DNA of 64,000 bases from Rhynchobatus australiae (taxonomy: Eukaryota): NCBI GenBank assembly GCA_034780895.1, contig JAUZTB010000107.1, forward strand, positions 81,850,746 through 81,914,745, read 5' to 3'. Below the pieces are notes generated by a model. The model was not told the origin of the DNA. It saw only the letters and a list, made by a program, of their open reading frames with translations, and made no database searches. A program made the position numbers and the translations under genes. The stretch's first letter is position 1, and each line of letters opens with the position of its first letter. Below, piece by piece: positions 12,815-24,989 of this stretch.

Positions 12815-12905
12815 CCCTTCCCAGCCTCTTTTGGATCGTACTGTTCCTGACTACACCACATTCACCACAGTGGGAGACTGGCTAGATGCAATTAAAATGG
12901 ATAAA
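12815..12905 (+). CDS. ephb3: EphB3 SAM exon, 5' part
   Basis: Acceptor ctccacAG; PSQPLLDRTVPDYTTFTTVGDWLDAIKM(DK). Homology stops at about 12900-12906 with no GT donor, so the right boundary is approximate. Confidence 0.85.
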
Positions 12906-13066
12906 TCACTGGACCCATGTAGGATGCCGAGGATNNNNNNNNNNNNNNNNNNNNNNNNNNNNNNNNNNNNNNNNNNNNNNNNNNNNNNNNNNNNNNNNNN
13001 NNNNNNNNNNNNNNNNNNNNNNNNNNNNNNNNNNGTGATGTCTAAAGTATCTGCACTACAGCTCCA

Positions 13067-13131
13067 TACAAGGAGAATTTTATTAATGCTGGGTTCACCT
13101 CTTTCGACTTGGTTGCTCAGATGACAGCAGA
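13067..13131 (+). CDS. ephb3: EphB3 SAM exon, 3' part
   Basis: YKENFINAGFTSFDLVAQMTAE followed by donor GTaagt at 13132. Joined to the 5' part it gives a 156-nt exon that keeps the reading frame. Confidence 0.88.
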
Positions 13132-13861
13132 GTAAGTATTAACCCTCCTCACTTTCATCAGCCAGTTCATGGAATTTGTTATGAACTTAGGCTGAGGCAA
13201 AATCAGTACAAATGGAGAAGCTATTTCAGTCAGGATATGCCTTTATCCCAAAATGTAGACTGTCCCGAGCATACCAGGTGGAAGCCTCTGGCTTCATACT
13301 TGAGTTTTAAAGTACTAAATAATGATCAGTATTTTCCAGCGCCTGCACCTCAAAATTAACTTGTAGAGCAGGAATTTAACACATAATGTCTATAAATGGG
13401 CAATTGGTATTGAGAAATTTTGAGAAGATCAGCTGGGTGCCTTTTCCAAAATAAACATAGCTTCCAGTATTCTTTAGACATGTTAAATCAGTTGGATCCA
13501 ATGTATTTAAAGGCTTCACAGTGCAATCCTAGCCATATTCTTTTCATTAAACAAATAATACAAAAGTCATCCATTTGTGTTCAATGAAAGTAATTTTGGA
13601 TAATGGAGCCACGTGGCGCATAACAAATATGGTTTAGTAAACCAAAGTCAGCAATTTCATGCATGAAGGACATTTGTGAAATGTTGCTTTTACATTCCTC
13701 ATAAATTTTGAAAACTGTACTTTACGAATGGCTTTGGAGACAAAAAAGAACATTTTGAGGACATCAGCATTGAATTATTAAACATTCTTTGTTTTCTTTT
13801 ATTGGATCAGAGCCAAAGTATCTTGCCAAAGAAAATGTAACTAATGTACATTCTGTTGCAG

Positions 13862-13970
13862 GGACTTGCTGAGGATAGGAGTCACATTGGCCGGGCACCA
13901 GAAGAAGATTCTCGGCAGCATTCAGGACATGAGGTTACAGATGAACCAGACGCTTCCAGTGCAGGTCTGA
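13862..13970 (+). CDS. ephb3: EphB3 last coding exon (SAM end and PDZ-binding motif)
   Basis: Acceptor gttgcAG; [38 protein letters not shown]. The MNQTLPVQV terminus is diagnostic for EphB3 among Eph receptors. Confidence 0.96.
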
Positions 13971-16220
13971 CAGCAAGGAACTCTGGAACTGATTAAGTTT
14001 GAAGTCAAATAGAATAATTGCGTGCAGTGCCTGGTTTCCAGTTTTTCCTGTGTGGAGCACCTAAAACTATTGTTTCAAGTCAACCCTCAGTTCAAGGATA
14101 ATTGTAGCATGAATTGAAAAATGTCTGAAAGGGCTCCAAAAAGGAATGCAGTCTGAAAATAGTTATTATGTTTTTTTGGGCAGTTGGTTTGTTTCATGGA
14201 ATTTTACTCCTATTGCATCAAACCTGTGACATTATCAAAGACTATTGTGCATTGCCAAGGGAGGCAGGTTCTGCCCAGAAGCTAGTACCTATTAAGTCTT
14301 CATATTGAAGATGTCTTATTTAAATTGATGTGTAAAGATACCACATGGAATATTGGATCACAGATTTGATATTCAGCTTGTGCGTTGCTTTCCTTCAAAG
14401 TACCACCTGTGAGAAAATAATAAAGAAATTGAACAATGCTGTATATAGCGTGGCAACCTTATAGCTAAATCCTGAGCTAATCCCTAATTCTCAATTTGCA
14501 ATAAAGCCAGATTGGAATAGCTAACTATGAATGCCTTCAAGGTGTGCTCGCACCTTTTGGTCCAAAATGACCTTCCTTCACAACTTGTGTGGCACTTGAA
14601 CATTGAATACTGGCATCAAGATAATTATACCTTAAGAGGAAATGAAAGTACACATGCCCAGCTATTATGCATATAAGATTTCACTTGGTTTTCCCAGGTG
14701 TTCTTATAATTTATAGTTACTCTAAGTAAACAGATTACTCGATGTATTGGGTCTACCTGTGCAGTGGCAAGTGAAGGATATACTGTGCCAAGAAACAGCT
14801 CTGACAAAGATCAGTCAAAAATGCCTGGGCAAAGATGGATAACAAGAACCTCAACAATGAAGCGATCGTGATTGATTCAGAACTGCTGTAACGTAGGGCA
14901 GAGTCTTTCTTCTGGACTTTATTATTGGGATTTCCTTGACTTCCATCTGAATTTATGAAATCGTCACCTGTGAGAGAAGAGTGGAACAGATCTTTTTGAA
15001 CTGTGCAAGCAAACACTAAGCCGCCAAAATGATTTAGAACCTTTAACCGTGAGAGCTGTCAAGAAAGTGAGAGACTATACATGACTGAAAAACTTCATGG
15101 CCATCTGTTTAATCAAGTGCTGTTAAATTTTGTTGTCATTGCCAAAAGACAGGAAACTTTATTTTTTCTAAAGACAGATAAAACCTTTGTAAACGACTGA
15201 GTGAAGAGTCTGTAATAGAGAAACAAAAAATATGGAAAGGCAATAAGCATTTTTAATTTAGTTAATGTTGCAGTAAATCATCCTCAGTTCATCTGCAAAA
15301 CTTCTCTTACTTAGAAAATGTGGCAGAGGAGACTGTACATTTGTACATACTATCAGATATTTTCCTTTGTTAATGTGTGGGCTTCAAACAGTAAATACAG
15401 ACTGTATATTTTGCCACTCTAGATGGGACATGCCTGTATTGTATATAGACAAAGCAAAAATGTGCGGAATGCAAAGTTAAAATTTGAATGTTCTGCAATC
15501 CTAAATCACAAAATTTGACCCTTAATCCCAACTTGTACTGTAAAATAACACTATGTTGTAAAAAAATTGTTGTGATAGGTCATTCATAGTAGTTCACGGT
15601 GTCTGTGGGACATCTGTGATCAAGGTAAAACATTCAGTTATTGTTGCTGTGAATTTGGTGCAAGATTTAATAACCATTGCCCACCATTTCCTCTTGAGTA
15701 ATCTTTCCCCTTAGTACTTCTGTAATAGCCTTACAGTGGCTAATCTTTTGTAGAAAGATCTAATGGCTGTCTTCCAGTCACTTTGGAAACATACCTGTAT
15801 AGTATTTTGCAAACTTTTTAAAATATTGAGATGTATTTAATGGTGAAAAATGATGCATTCTTGCATTTGTAGAAATATTTTTAAAAAACACTTTTGCAAT
15901 TAAATTATTTAAGAAGTTTATGGTATTACTTTGTGCTTGCTTCTTTTGTTTTATGCATCAAATTCAGTGTCATTGCCAGTACTCATAGTTGGCAATCAAT
16001 AATATAATGTTTTATGATGGTGATTATTAACAGCAATTTGTTGGAAACACCCTCAATTGAGAGTAGTGTTTGTTTTTGAAGAGTGTTTCTTGGCAATGCA
16101 GATAATTTTAAATACATATATTAGAACATACCACGCTGACCTAGAGCAGTAATGTAATACTGTAAAATGACAAGCAAACTTTTTTCTAATGAAAAATAAA
16201 GTTTCTTATCAAAATTTAAA
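13971..16220 (+). other. ephb3: Putative EphB3 3' UTR (~2.2 kb)
   Basis: Follows the stop codon, has no recognisable repeats and AU-rich distal blocks, and ends at AATAAA 16195-16200. Alternative AATAAA sites at 14419 and 14500. Confidence 0.6.
16195..16200 (+). promoter_or_regulatory. Probable polyadenylation signal
   Basis: AATAAA preceded by TGTA elements and a U-rich tract; a transposon remnant starts ~300 bp later. Confidence 0.55.
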
Positions 16221-16510
16221 TTTCATATTCTTATACTGGATACAGGACAACTAGATACCCACACTTGCTCGTTTAATAGTGACAGCTGATTGAAATGTGC
16301 TGAACTGAGGTTATCTCTGAAAGGCAGACATCTTTCAAAATGTCCTAACCTTATGATAAGAAGCAGAATAGCGGTAAATACATATCCAAGACTGAAGACC
16401 TGATAACAAGTCTTCAGTGTGGCTGACTTGTCCTGATATTGGTAAGCCCTATTTGTAGCATGCCTAAGTCTCCAATTTAATGAGGCATTATCAACCACAG
16501 AGGAGTTCTA

Positions 16511-17135
16511 CAACAAAAACAGAATGCTGGATGAAGTCAACAGATCAAGCAGCATCTGTGGAGGCAAGAGATGTCAATCAACTTTTTGGATCGAGAACCT
16601 GAATCAGGACTGAAAGGGAACCAGGAAAGATTACCAGTATATTAGAGTATGTGGGGGGGGTGGTGGTCGAGGTGGGGGTGGTGGTGTGTGCGAGGGAGAC
16701 TGATAGGTGATAGGTGGAACTAAATGGGAAGGAATTAATGCACAGATGGAACAAAGTGGGGGAGGAGGTGGGATAGAAGCCTGTGGGTATTGGTTGGAAC
16801 CAAATAGGGAGGGGATGATGGGTAGAAGGGACCAGGTGGGGGAGAAATGGGGTGGAACAGAGGCTGGTACGTGATATGGGGAGGGCATGATGAGCAGATA
16901 GAATCCAGTGGGGAAGAGGGGATGGGAGCAATGAACAAAGGAAGAAGATAACTAGGTGCACAGATAAGTGTGTGGGAGTTACCTGAAATTGGAAAACCCA
17001 ACATTCCCACCACTGGGTTATAAACTACCCAAGCAGAATATCAGATGTTGTTCTACCAATTTGCCCTCCCTGCTGGAGTTCTTCCAGCATTCTGTTTTTG
17101 TTCTAGATTCCTGCATCTGCAGTACCTTTTGTCTT
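16511..17135 (-). mobile_element. Penelope-like element remnant with GIY-YIG C-terminus and inverted termini
   Basis: Minus strand 17062-16979 reads KLVEQHLIFCLGSL*PSGGNVGFSNFR*, followed by a pyrimidine-rich tail and a hammerhead-like motif at ~16575-16612. 16512-16543 and 17071-17102 are inverted repeats. Confidence 0.75.
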
Positions 17136-18756
17136 CAGAGATCATATTTTTCTTGGCCTTCCTGTGATTTGTAGAGCAGCTAAGACCATTTTGTAGATTC
17201 TTTACTTTTTAAACCATTGCCTTATCAATGACTGGTCAACTAGAGGTGTTACTACAGTGGGTCATTGAGCAAAGTACAATCACCACCACCACCCGCCACC
17301 CCACCCCCCCCCACCCCTGACCGAAGAAAGGGAATGCTCCAATAGAACTAGAAGTCCTCATAGCTTAAGACTTTAATTGGCAAAACTAACCTCACGTGAA
17401 GTTGATGAATTCAAGCAATCCCAACTTTTGAACTTAAATGTATGACCTCCAAACTGCCTTTCTATTGTTACTTGCGGGGTCGTCCGTTAATTATTTTGTG
17501 CAATGGATTCCATGCCATTCTCTATTAATGATTTCCTTTCACTCAGTGANNNNNNNNNNNNNNNNNNNNNNNNNNNNNNNNNNNNNNNNNNNNNNNNNNN
17601 NNNNNNNNNNNNNNNNNNNNNNNNNNNNNNNNNNNNNNNNNNNNNNNNNAAGCAGTTTGGATTAAGCTTGCACACTTAAAAGCTATTATGCTTATGCCAG
17701 GAATTTTGACATTTTGATTTCAATCTGTATTGCTTTAAGTTCCTCTTTCCATCAAGAAGTCAGTTACTGTGTTCAGTCTGAAGAGATTTGATTCCTTTGA
17801 CCTATTTTTTTTCAATATGACTGTCTCAGGGCACTAACTTATTACTTCAGTTTTCAAACAACTAAGCACATTTGACTAATTTTCCAAAAGATGATTTTTA
17901 CTGAGAGGTGGTGCAAAGTTCACACATCATCCTCCAATTCAGCTAAAGCATTCAGACTGCTTTCAATTGGAATAGGTGTTTGCAGTCAAGTTTTGCCTGA
18001 AGTTACCCAAAATAGTTAAGTGTAAAGGTGGGTTCTGGTCTGTGCCTTAATGAGAAAATGCATTTCACTTGTTTCTTTTCATTCTTGCTGACAGGAAACT
18101 GAATTTAATACTCTGGAATGTTCGATGTTGAATTTAAAGTTCTGACCCTGCGAACATATTGAGTGAGGTGAAGACAGTTAATATTCTTATGCTCATGGAA
18201 ATTTAGAGGCAGCTGCAGTCCATAAATTTTTATGGTTTAATACCATGGTACATATTTCAGCTTCGTTGCTCTGGGCACTTTTATAGAAACTGGTTTCTTT
18301 TTCACTTTGGTATTGATCTTTATTAAATCCTTGTTATAGAGTTGAATTTTAAATGGCTCATTAAATGGTTAGTTAACATTCAGTATTTCCACTGACAAGG
18401 AGGTATAGGACATAGAAGCCTTGGTGTTACATGATATGGTAGAACACTATTGAAGGCTGGACATAACAGTTTTGGTCCAACATCGTATCTAAAGGAGAAC
18501 ACCTCCAACCTAATCTCCAGGTTATGTACATCATATCCTATAGTTCCTTTGGTTCAGAGTCATTGCCATTGTAGCTGGACAACCATTGCATTCTGTTCAC
18601 ATGTCTGCATCTTTCTAGATACCTACATAGGATGCTGGATAACAACTGGTTTACTGTCAAACTTTGCATTAGGAAGGTTGCAGGTGCTCTCTTTGAAACT
18701 TCTTTCACCTAAATACACTATTCATGTTCACGGTTTTGGTGACATCTGCAATGTAA

Positions 18757-19105
18757 GCAGCACAGTGGTGTAACTAGTAGAGCTGCTGCCTCCCAGCTCC
18801 AATAACTTGTGTTCGATTCCTGACCTCCAGTGCCGTCTATGTAGAGTTTGCAAGCTCTCCCTGTGATCAGGTTAGTTTCCTCTGGTTGCTCTGATTTTCT
18901 CCCATATCGTCAAAACTTGTAGGTTGGTAGGTTAATTTGGCCACTGTAAATTTCCCCTCGTGTGCAGCTAATTGGTAGAATGTGAGGAGAATTGATGGGA
19001 ATATGGAGAAAATAAAATTGGTTAGGGTAGGATCAGTTTAAAAATGGGTGCATGTCGGTCAATGCGGACTTCCTGGGCTGAAGGGCCTGTTTCTGTTCTG
19101 CTCCT
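18757..19105 (+). mobile_element. V-SINE (HE1-like), long CR1-type tail
   Basis: tRNA-like head with GTTCGATTCC B box, V-core tttcctctggttgctctgattttctcccata, tail gggctgaagggcctgtttctg. Confidence 0.8.
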
Positions 19106-19821
19106 CTTTATCACTCGGTTCAGGTTGCAATGAACTGTGCATGAATTGTTATTTGAACATTAATGCAAAGAAAGATCATCCAACTTATAACTGCATGTAT
19201 GCTGTGGGAAAACACCACAAAATCAAGCTGATGCTTTCCTGGGAATTTTTGAAAAGATGTTTATGCCTCAGCTTTCTCAAGGAGAGAATTGATTGGAAGC
19301 TGGCCTCAGAGACTGGTAACTTTAGATATGTGTCCTTCAAAGACATATATGACTATCAAGGGTCTTAGTAGATTTTTATGGTCTTGAAACAATGTCTCAA
19401 TTGCCTAATTTGCTTTAGGGTTGCAGGACAGCCAGTGCAAAATATTCCCAGAAGGGGATTTTAAGGCCAGTGAAGGTGCTTTGCATGTTTCACCATGATA
19501 ATATTGGTGGAACCTGCTAAAAAAAACAAATAAAACCACATTGAGAGGAGGAAGAGGGAAACATAGAAGCTATGGCCAATAGAGACTGTAGAATGGAACC
19601 ATATTTGATAGTCATGCTTTTATTGAAGGTCTATTAATGTGTGTGTTCTGTTTTTCAATAGGTGGGTTAAAAAAAATAACCTTTCATCATTAGGCATGTG
19701 GTATATCATTTGCATGCAGCACTTATTTTGTCAGGAATGTTAACCTGAATATTAATTCAAACAAAAGATTTGCTCTCCAAAACACTTTATCATCCTTCTT
19801 TTGACTTGCATTGCAGATGGA

Positions 19822-20021
19822 AATAAGATATTTATTTATGAGTCACATATACATCGAAACACACACATCTTTGGAATGTGGGAGGAAACTGGAGAACCTG
19901 GAGGAAACCCACGCAGACACGGGGAGAACGTACAAACTCCTTACAGGCAGCAGCGGGAATTGAACCCAGGTCACTGGCACTGTAATAGCATTACGCTAAC
20001 CACTATGCTACCGTGCTGTCC
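19822..20021 (-). mobile_element. V-SINE with shortened L2-like tail
   Basis: Reverse complement of the head and core at 22195; tail end resembles the 27863 copy but lacks its middle part. Confidence 0.82.
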
Positions 20022-20319
20022 TAAAGTAAGTCCTGTGCAACCCCATGAGCTTGGCTTCTTTGCTAAGTTAGCTCTCCTAATGATTTTGTAAGGTGGTTCC
20101 CCAATGATTCCTGCAGGAAGGTGGGAAGGCTGCTGATCATTCACTGTGGGCAGTTGAGACAACCTGGAGCAGGATTACAAGCAAGGAAGGGTCATGCACA
20201 GAATAATAAGAGATACGTATTTGGAATCTTAGGATTCCAACCTTAGGGGTCCTTGCGAGATCATTAAACTGCACTCTGTTTTGCAGCCAGCCAACAACAA
20301 ATTTTCCATTGACCTTTGA

Positions 20320-20492
20320 ACATACAGCAAAGGAACAGGCTCTTCAGCCCACATTGTCTGTGCTGACTATGATGCCAATTTAAACTGCACATCTGCCTGC
20401 ACGTGGTCTATGTCCCTCAATTCCCTGGCTGTTCATGTGCCTGTCTAAATGTCTCTTAAACATTGCTATCATATTTGCTTCCTCCACCTTCT
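20320..20492 (-). mobile_element. CR1 3' end
   Basis: Reverse complement of the CR1 3' UTR (tttaagagacatttagacaggcacatgaac...gggctgaagagcctgttcc). Confidence 0.75.
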
Positions 20493-20767
20493 CTTATGGT
20501 GCTGGTGCCGGGAAGTTTGACTGGAAAGGTTTTTGCCTCTTCATGAAAAAAGGATCTCCATGCCCCATCAGCACCTTCAGAGCAATACACTAAAGCTAAC
20601 CTGTACCAATCGTTCATGTGGTGCAGTGATTTTAAATTATATCTATGACATGTGATTTCCTGCTTTCCTACTCAAAACGCTGCCACGAACTGTGTTGGTA
20701 TCATTGGCTGCTCCCCAGTGTTAATTGAATTGGACATGAGCACTAAAATGGCCATTGTACAATGCAT

Positions 20768-21108
20768 TGGGGCGGTATAGTGGCTATGTTGGTGGATTAG
20801 CAGCTAGAGTTTTGCCACATAGATCCAGAAACCTGAATCCTACCATGACAACTGGAGATTTTACATTAAAGGAATTAAATCAATCTCGACCTTTAAGATA
20901 AATTTCTTTGAGGAATAGTAATTATGAAACCATTTGATTGCCAAGAGAATCCATCTAGTTCACTCATGCCCTTCAGGGAAGGAAATCCGTCATACTTACT
21001 CATACCTACTGAAGTGGTTTACTCATAGCTGCCTTCTCAGTCAGGGGATATTACACATGTACCATAAATGCTGGCATTCCATATTCTGTCAATTAATTTT
21101 AAAAAAAG
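20768..21108 (+). mobile_element. Old tRNA-derived SINE, second family
   Basis: tRNA-like head, ccatctagttcactcatgcccttcagggaaggaaatc body, ataaatgctggc tail and A-rich end; related minus-strand copy at 60620-60940. Confidence 0.55.
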
Positions 21109-22194
21109 TTTGATAAGTTCTCAATCAACAGCTGTCGTTACCTAATTCCCCTCTCCCTTAACCTCCATAAGAGATTGCACATTAGTGTTGATTTTTGGTC
21201 CTAATGAACTGGGTGCATATTTCATGTGAAGCACTATCCACCGTGTCCCACTCTATTTGACACAGTTTAGGAGCCACTTGTTGCTTCCTCTGCCCGGTAT
21301 TTTATAAAGTACCCCTTTCAGATTTGCAGCTTTTCAAAAACATAGGTCAAGTGAAATAAAGCTGGAATCTTTTATTTTTACTGCAGCTGTAGTAACAAAA
21401 TCACAGTTAAAATATTCCAATGCTTTATTCCCTTATAATTGCCACCAAAGTTGCGAAACACCAGTGGCATTACATGAGGTGTATAAAAAATAGTTTCAAA
21501 AGAAAGTTGAGCAACCATTGTCTTCAGTCCATGTAGATCGCAGAGATATTGTAACTTCTCTGTTGCTATATTTACAGTAACTTCCCTCTGCTCAGTTATT
21601 TCTTGATGGCTTGCATGGTAGTGTAAAGAAATTCTTACATCAGCAAGTCTTGACAGAAATACCAGCATCCATATGAGTGAGAAGATAAAATACTGACAGC
21701 TGGATGGTTATTTATTATAAAGGTGTCACAAGTTGTGAAGTATGTATTGGATATTGCCAGCTTCAATAGTAGGTTTTAATATTATTTTGTTAATATCATC
21801 CCTTGATGAATTATAGTAATGTCTACTGAATGCTTGTGTGCACCTTCAGTTCTCTATAAATGGTTAGTTGTACCATGTCACCATCATAGAAGGAAATTTC
21901 TTTTGCGGAGAACTTAAAGCTGTGTCTAGTTTCTGCTCATAAATCTTGGGCAGGTTATCCAAAGTATTCCGCAAACTTAATTACTCAGAGCTATTGTTGG
22001 TGCACTACACCCACTTAACGTGCTTTCAGCCTTGTATTTATTCATCTTTTATTACCTCTATGGAAAACTGCTTGAATTTTGAAAGACAAATTCTTTTCAT
22101 TTCAAAGTTTTTTTTTTGTTAACCAATTGTATGCTGTTTATACAGCGTTTTGATACTAAATTTGACTGCTTAATTCTCCATAGTGAAACAAATT

Positions 22195-22440
22195 GGGGCG
22201 GCACGGTAGCGTAGCGGTTAGCACAACGCTATTACAGCACCGGCGATTGGGGTTCGATTCCTGTTGCTGTCTGTAAGGAGTTTGTTTGTTCTCCTGTGTC
22301 TGTGTGGGTTTCCTCCGGGTGCTCCGGTTTCCTCCCACATTCTAAAGACGTACGGGTAGCTTAATTTGGGGTTTTAAATAGGCGGTGTGGACTCGTTGGG
22401 CTGGAAGGGCCTGTTACCACACTGTAAATAAAATTTAAAA
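22195..22440 (+). mobile_element. V-SINE, young full-length copy, short CR1-type tail
   Basis: A box TAGCGTAGCGG at 22207-22217, B box GGTTCGATTCC at 22251-22261, V-core gggtttcctccgggtgctccggtttcctcccac, AT-rich tail; CpGs retained. Confidence 0.9.
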
Positions 22441-23074
22441 TGTAAAATTTTTAAAAAATTAAAAATTCAATGCAACAAGAATGGAGCCAATACAACATGT
22501 GAGCTTTACATGGAGTCCAACCAACTTTTATCTGAGCTGCTTCTCTGGGATAGTGCTGCAGCACATTGTTATCTGACCAACATCTGGAATTGCTCCATGC
22601 AACATTGACAGGCTCTTTGATGGATTGCACTGAGTCTGAGCAAAATGTGTTCAGGCGTTCTCACGTAGATGTTTTGATCAGCTTTATTTTTACACTTGGC
22701 AGAAAGCCATCAATGGGTTATCTTTGTTAATAAAATATCAGAAAACATAAACTATCAGATCCAGGTCACTGAAAAGAAAAGAATATCATATTATCACAAC
22801 ATCACTGCAATTAGGAAGTCTAGCTTCTAAGAATAAATTACCTAAGAACAGTTTGTAATAGTCTAAATGGAAGTGCTTATATTCAGTTTTCAGAGGTTAC
22901 TCATTATTATTGCTTCGAGTACAAATTTGGATGTATGAATAGAGAACAAGAGTTGGCATATTGTGTACAATTGTGGTTGAAAGAAATGGGAAAAGTTAAA
23001 GCAAAGTGTCAGAATGATAGAAATGTAAAAGCCTTTAGAAAAGCTCACTTACTAAGCAACCTTCAGAAACTCAT

Positions 23075-23186
23075 GACACAAGAAATTCTACAGATGCTGG
23101 AATCTGGAGCAATACACAAAAAGTGCTAGAGGAACTCAGCAAGTCAGGCAGCATCTCTGGAGGGAAATAAACAGACGACATTTCAG
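23075..23186 (-). mobile_element. Penelope-type terminal fragment
   Basis: Reverse complement of 32345-32456; ends inside the hammerhead motif and retains GAAA (minus strand ctGAAAtgTCgtctg). Confidence 0.72.
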
Positions 23187-23790
23187 CAACCCATATTAAG
23201 AGCAGTAAGAAGTAACTATATCAAATGGAATTGAAATTCAGTACGTAATCATGATTCCTCAGCAAAGTAGAGTTGCATCTTAACACCTTAGTCTTTTCAT
23301 AATGTTTGTTGAAATGGGGATAGTGTTCCATCAGATGATTACAAGAAGAGTTGCCCTCAATGAATGATTTCTATTGGTTAACATTACAACATAACTGCAA
23401 AGAGATGGAGGCTGATAGAAACACATAGTTCTGTCAACCCTCTTTATGAGGTAGGACCAGATGTCCAGCAGCAGATGGCAGATCTNNNNNNNNNNNNNNN
23501 NNNNNNNNNNNNNNNNNNNNNNNNNNNNNNNNNNNNNNNNNNNNNNNNNNNNNNNNNNNNNNNNNNNNNNNNNNNNNNNNNNNNNNNNNNNNNNNNNNNN
23601 NNNNNNNNNNNNNNNNNNNNNNNNNNGGGTGTTCCAAGGAAATATCCAATTCACTATTGGTGAAGTGGTCACATATCTCATTGATGCCATCAGTTTCCTT
23701 TAAGAAGAAGAGTTTTCAGATGCATGGTGGGCTACCAAAGTGAGGAATATTCATCTTTTGGCATAAATCCATTGGACAAGCTCTCCCAAA

Positions 23791-24022
23791 TAGCGTAGCA
23801 GTTAGCGTGACACTATTACAGCACCAGCAATCGGGTTTGATTCCCGTCGCTGTCTGTAAGGAGCTTGTATGTTCTCCCGTGCCTACGTGGGTTTCCTCCG
23901 GGTGCTCTGGTTTCCTCCCACATTCTACAGACATACGGGTAGGTTAATACGGGGTTTAAAATGGGCGGCGTGGACTCGTTGGGCCAGAAGGGCCTGTTAC
24001 CATGCTGTAAATGAAATTTTTT
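23791..24022 (+). mobile_element. V-SINE, short CR1-type tail
   Basis: Close match to the 22195 copy along its length. Confidence 0.88.
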
Positions 24023-24989
24023 AAAAAGTTAACTCTTCACCTGCTGGCTTCTTTTCCTGCAGTTATGTCTGTTTCGTACACCATTGGAAGAACCCTCACA
24101 GACCTTGCTTATCCTCCGATGGAGTTCAGCAGTCCATTGCTTTGGAGAATCCTGCAATACACTGGTTTCATTGGCACACTGATAACATCAGCCTTAAAGG
24201 CACAGCATCCAAAACTTGATGTTGAAATTCATTACTATGTGAATTATCTTAACTTGCTTGCTCTTCTTCTGCTTGCTCATGTTGCAACTCAGGGAAGTGT
24301 TATCAGTTTTTTTTTTCATTTGTATTCCTGTATTTGTATGCTGTTATGTTTTCAGCATGGAATTTATGAAAATAATTCCTTACAACAGAAGCTGGAAAGT
24401 CTGGAAGAAAATGGTCGCAGTGATCACTAGGAATTTGACCATCCCAAGCACCACTTAAGCAAGAAGTTCAGTGAGATAATATGGGCAGAGTTTGTACATA
24501 CTTGTGCAAATAATGCAGCTCAGTACTCATATGCAACAAATACACGTTCTGCTCTTTGGGCAACATGCAGATGAAGCTGGTGAACAATGTCCAAGAGAGG
24601 TCACAGAGCAGCAGTGGAATGGCTGTAGCTAAGTGTGTGACCGAGTTTGAACAAAGGAGCACAGAGTGATAGACATGCTTCTACCATTGTGTCGGCCTAC
24701 AGCTCCGAAATCAGACTGATGAGTGGTGAGCACAAGACTCAGTCTGGTACTCTTCCAGTAAATCTCCTCAGCACTGAAAACAGTAAAAGGTAGAAATTCC
24801 CAGTGGTGGCATTGGGAAAAGAAAATAAAGTTAATGATTCAGGTTGATGAAAGGTGTTTCAAGCATTTTCTGTTTTATTTCTGATTTCTTTTTATTTTTG
24901 CTTTTCAGTCTTCTCCGTACCTCATCAAAGGCCTTTGCAATACTCAGCCTGGAAACTGGAGAGGTGGAAGTTCAGGGAAAATGCCTCAA

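Noticed and set aside
15964-15970. CAGTGT as an iron-responsive element loop
   Set aside because: Flanks do not form the 5-bp upper stem with a bulged C.
16640-16930. G-rich tract as a stand-alone G-quadruplex element
   Set aside because: Explained as the complement of the Penelope pyrimidine-rich tail, also present at 31972 and 54410.
22195-22270. tRNA gene
   Set aside because: The A/B boxes belong to a SINE head that continues into the V-core and LINE tail; no complete cloverleaf or poly-T terminator.
24011-24430. 139-aa ORF and other 60-160-aa ORFs beyond 16 kb
   Set aside because: No recognisable domains or exon chains; many begin in repeats, are low-complexity, or are inflated by N runs.
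24712-24756. CTGATGA inside a hairpin as a stand-alone hammerhead
   Set aside because: No GAAA box (AAGA instead) and stem I is out of register; a simple cagactga/tcagtctg inverted repeat.
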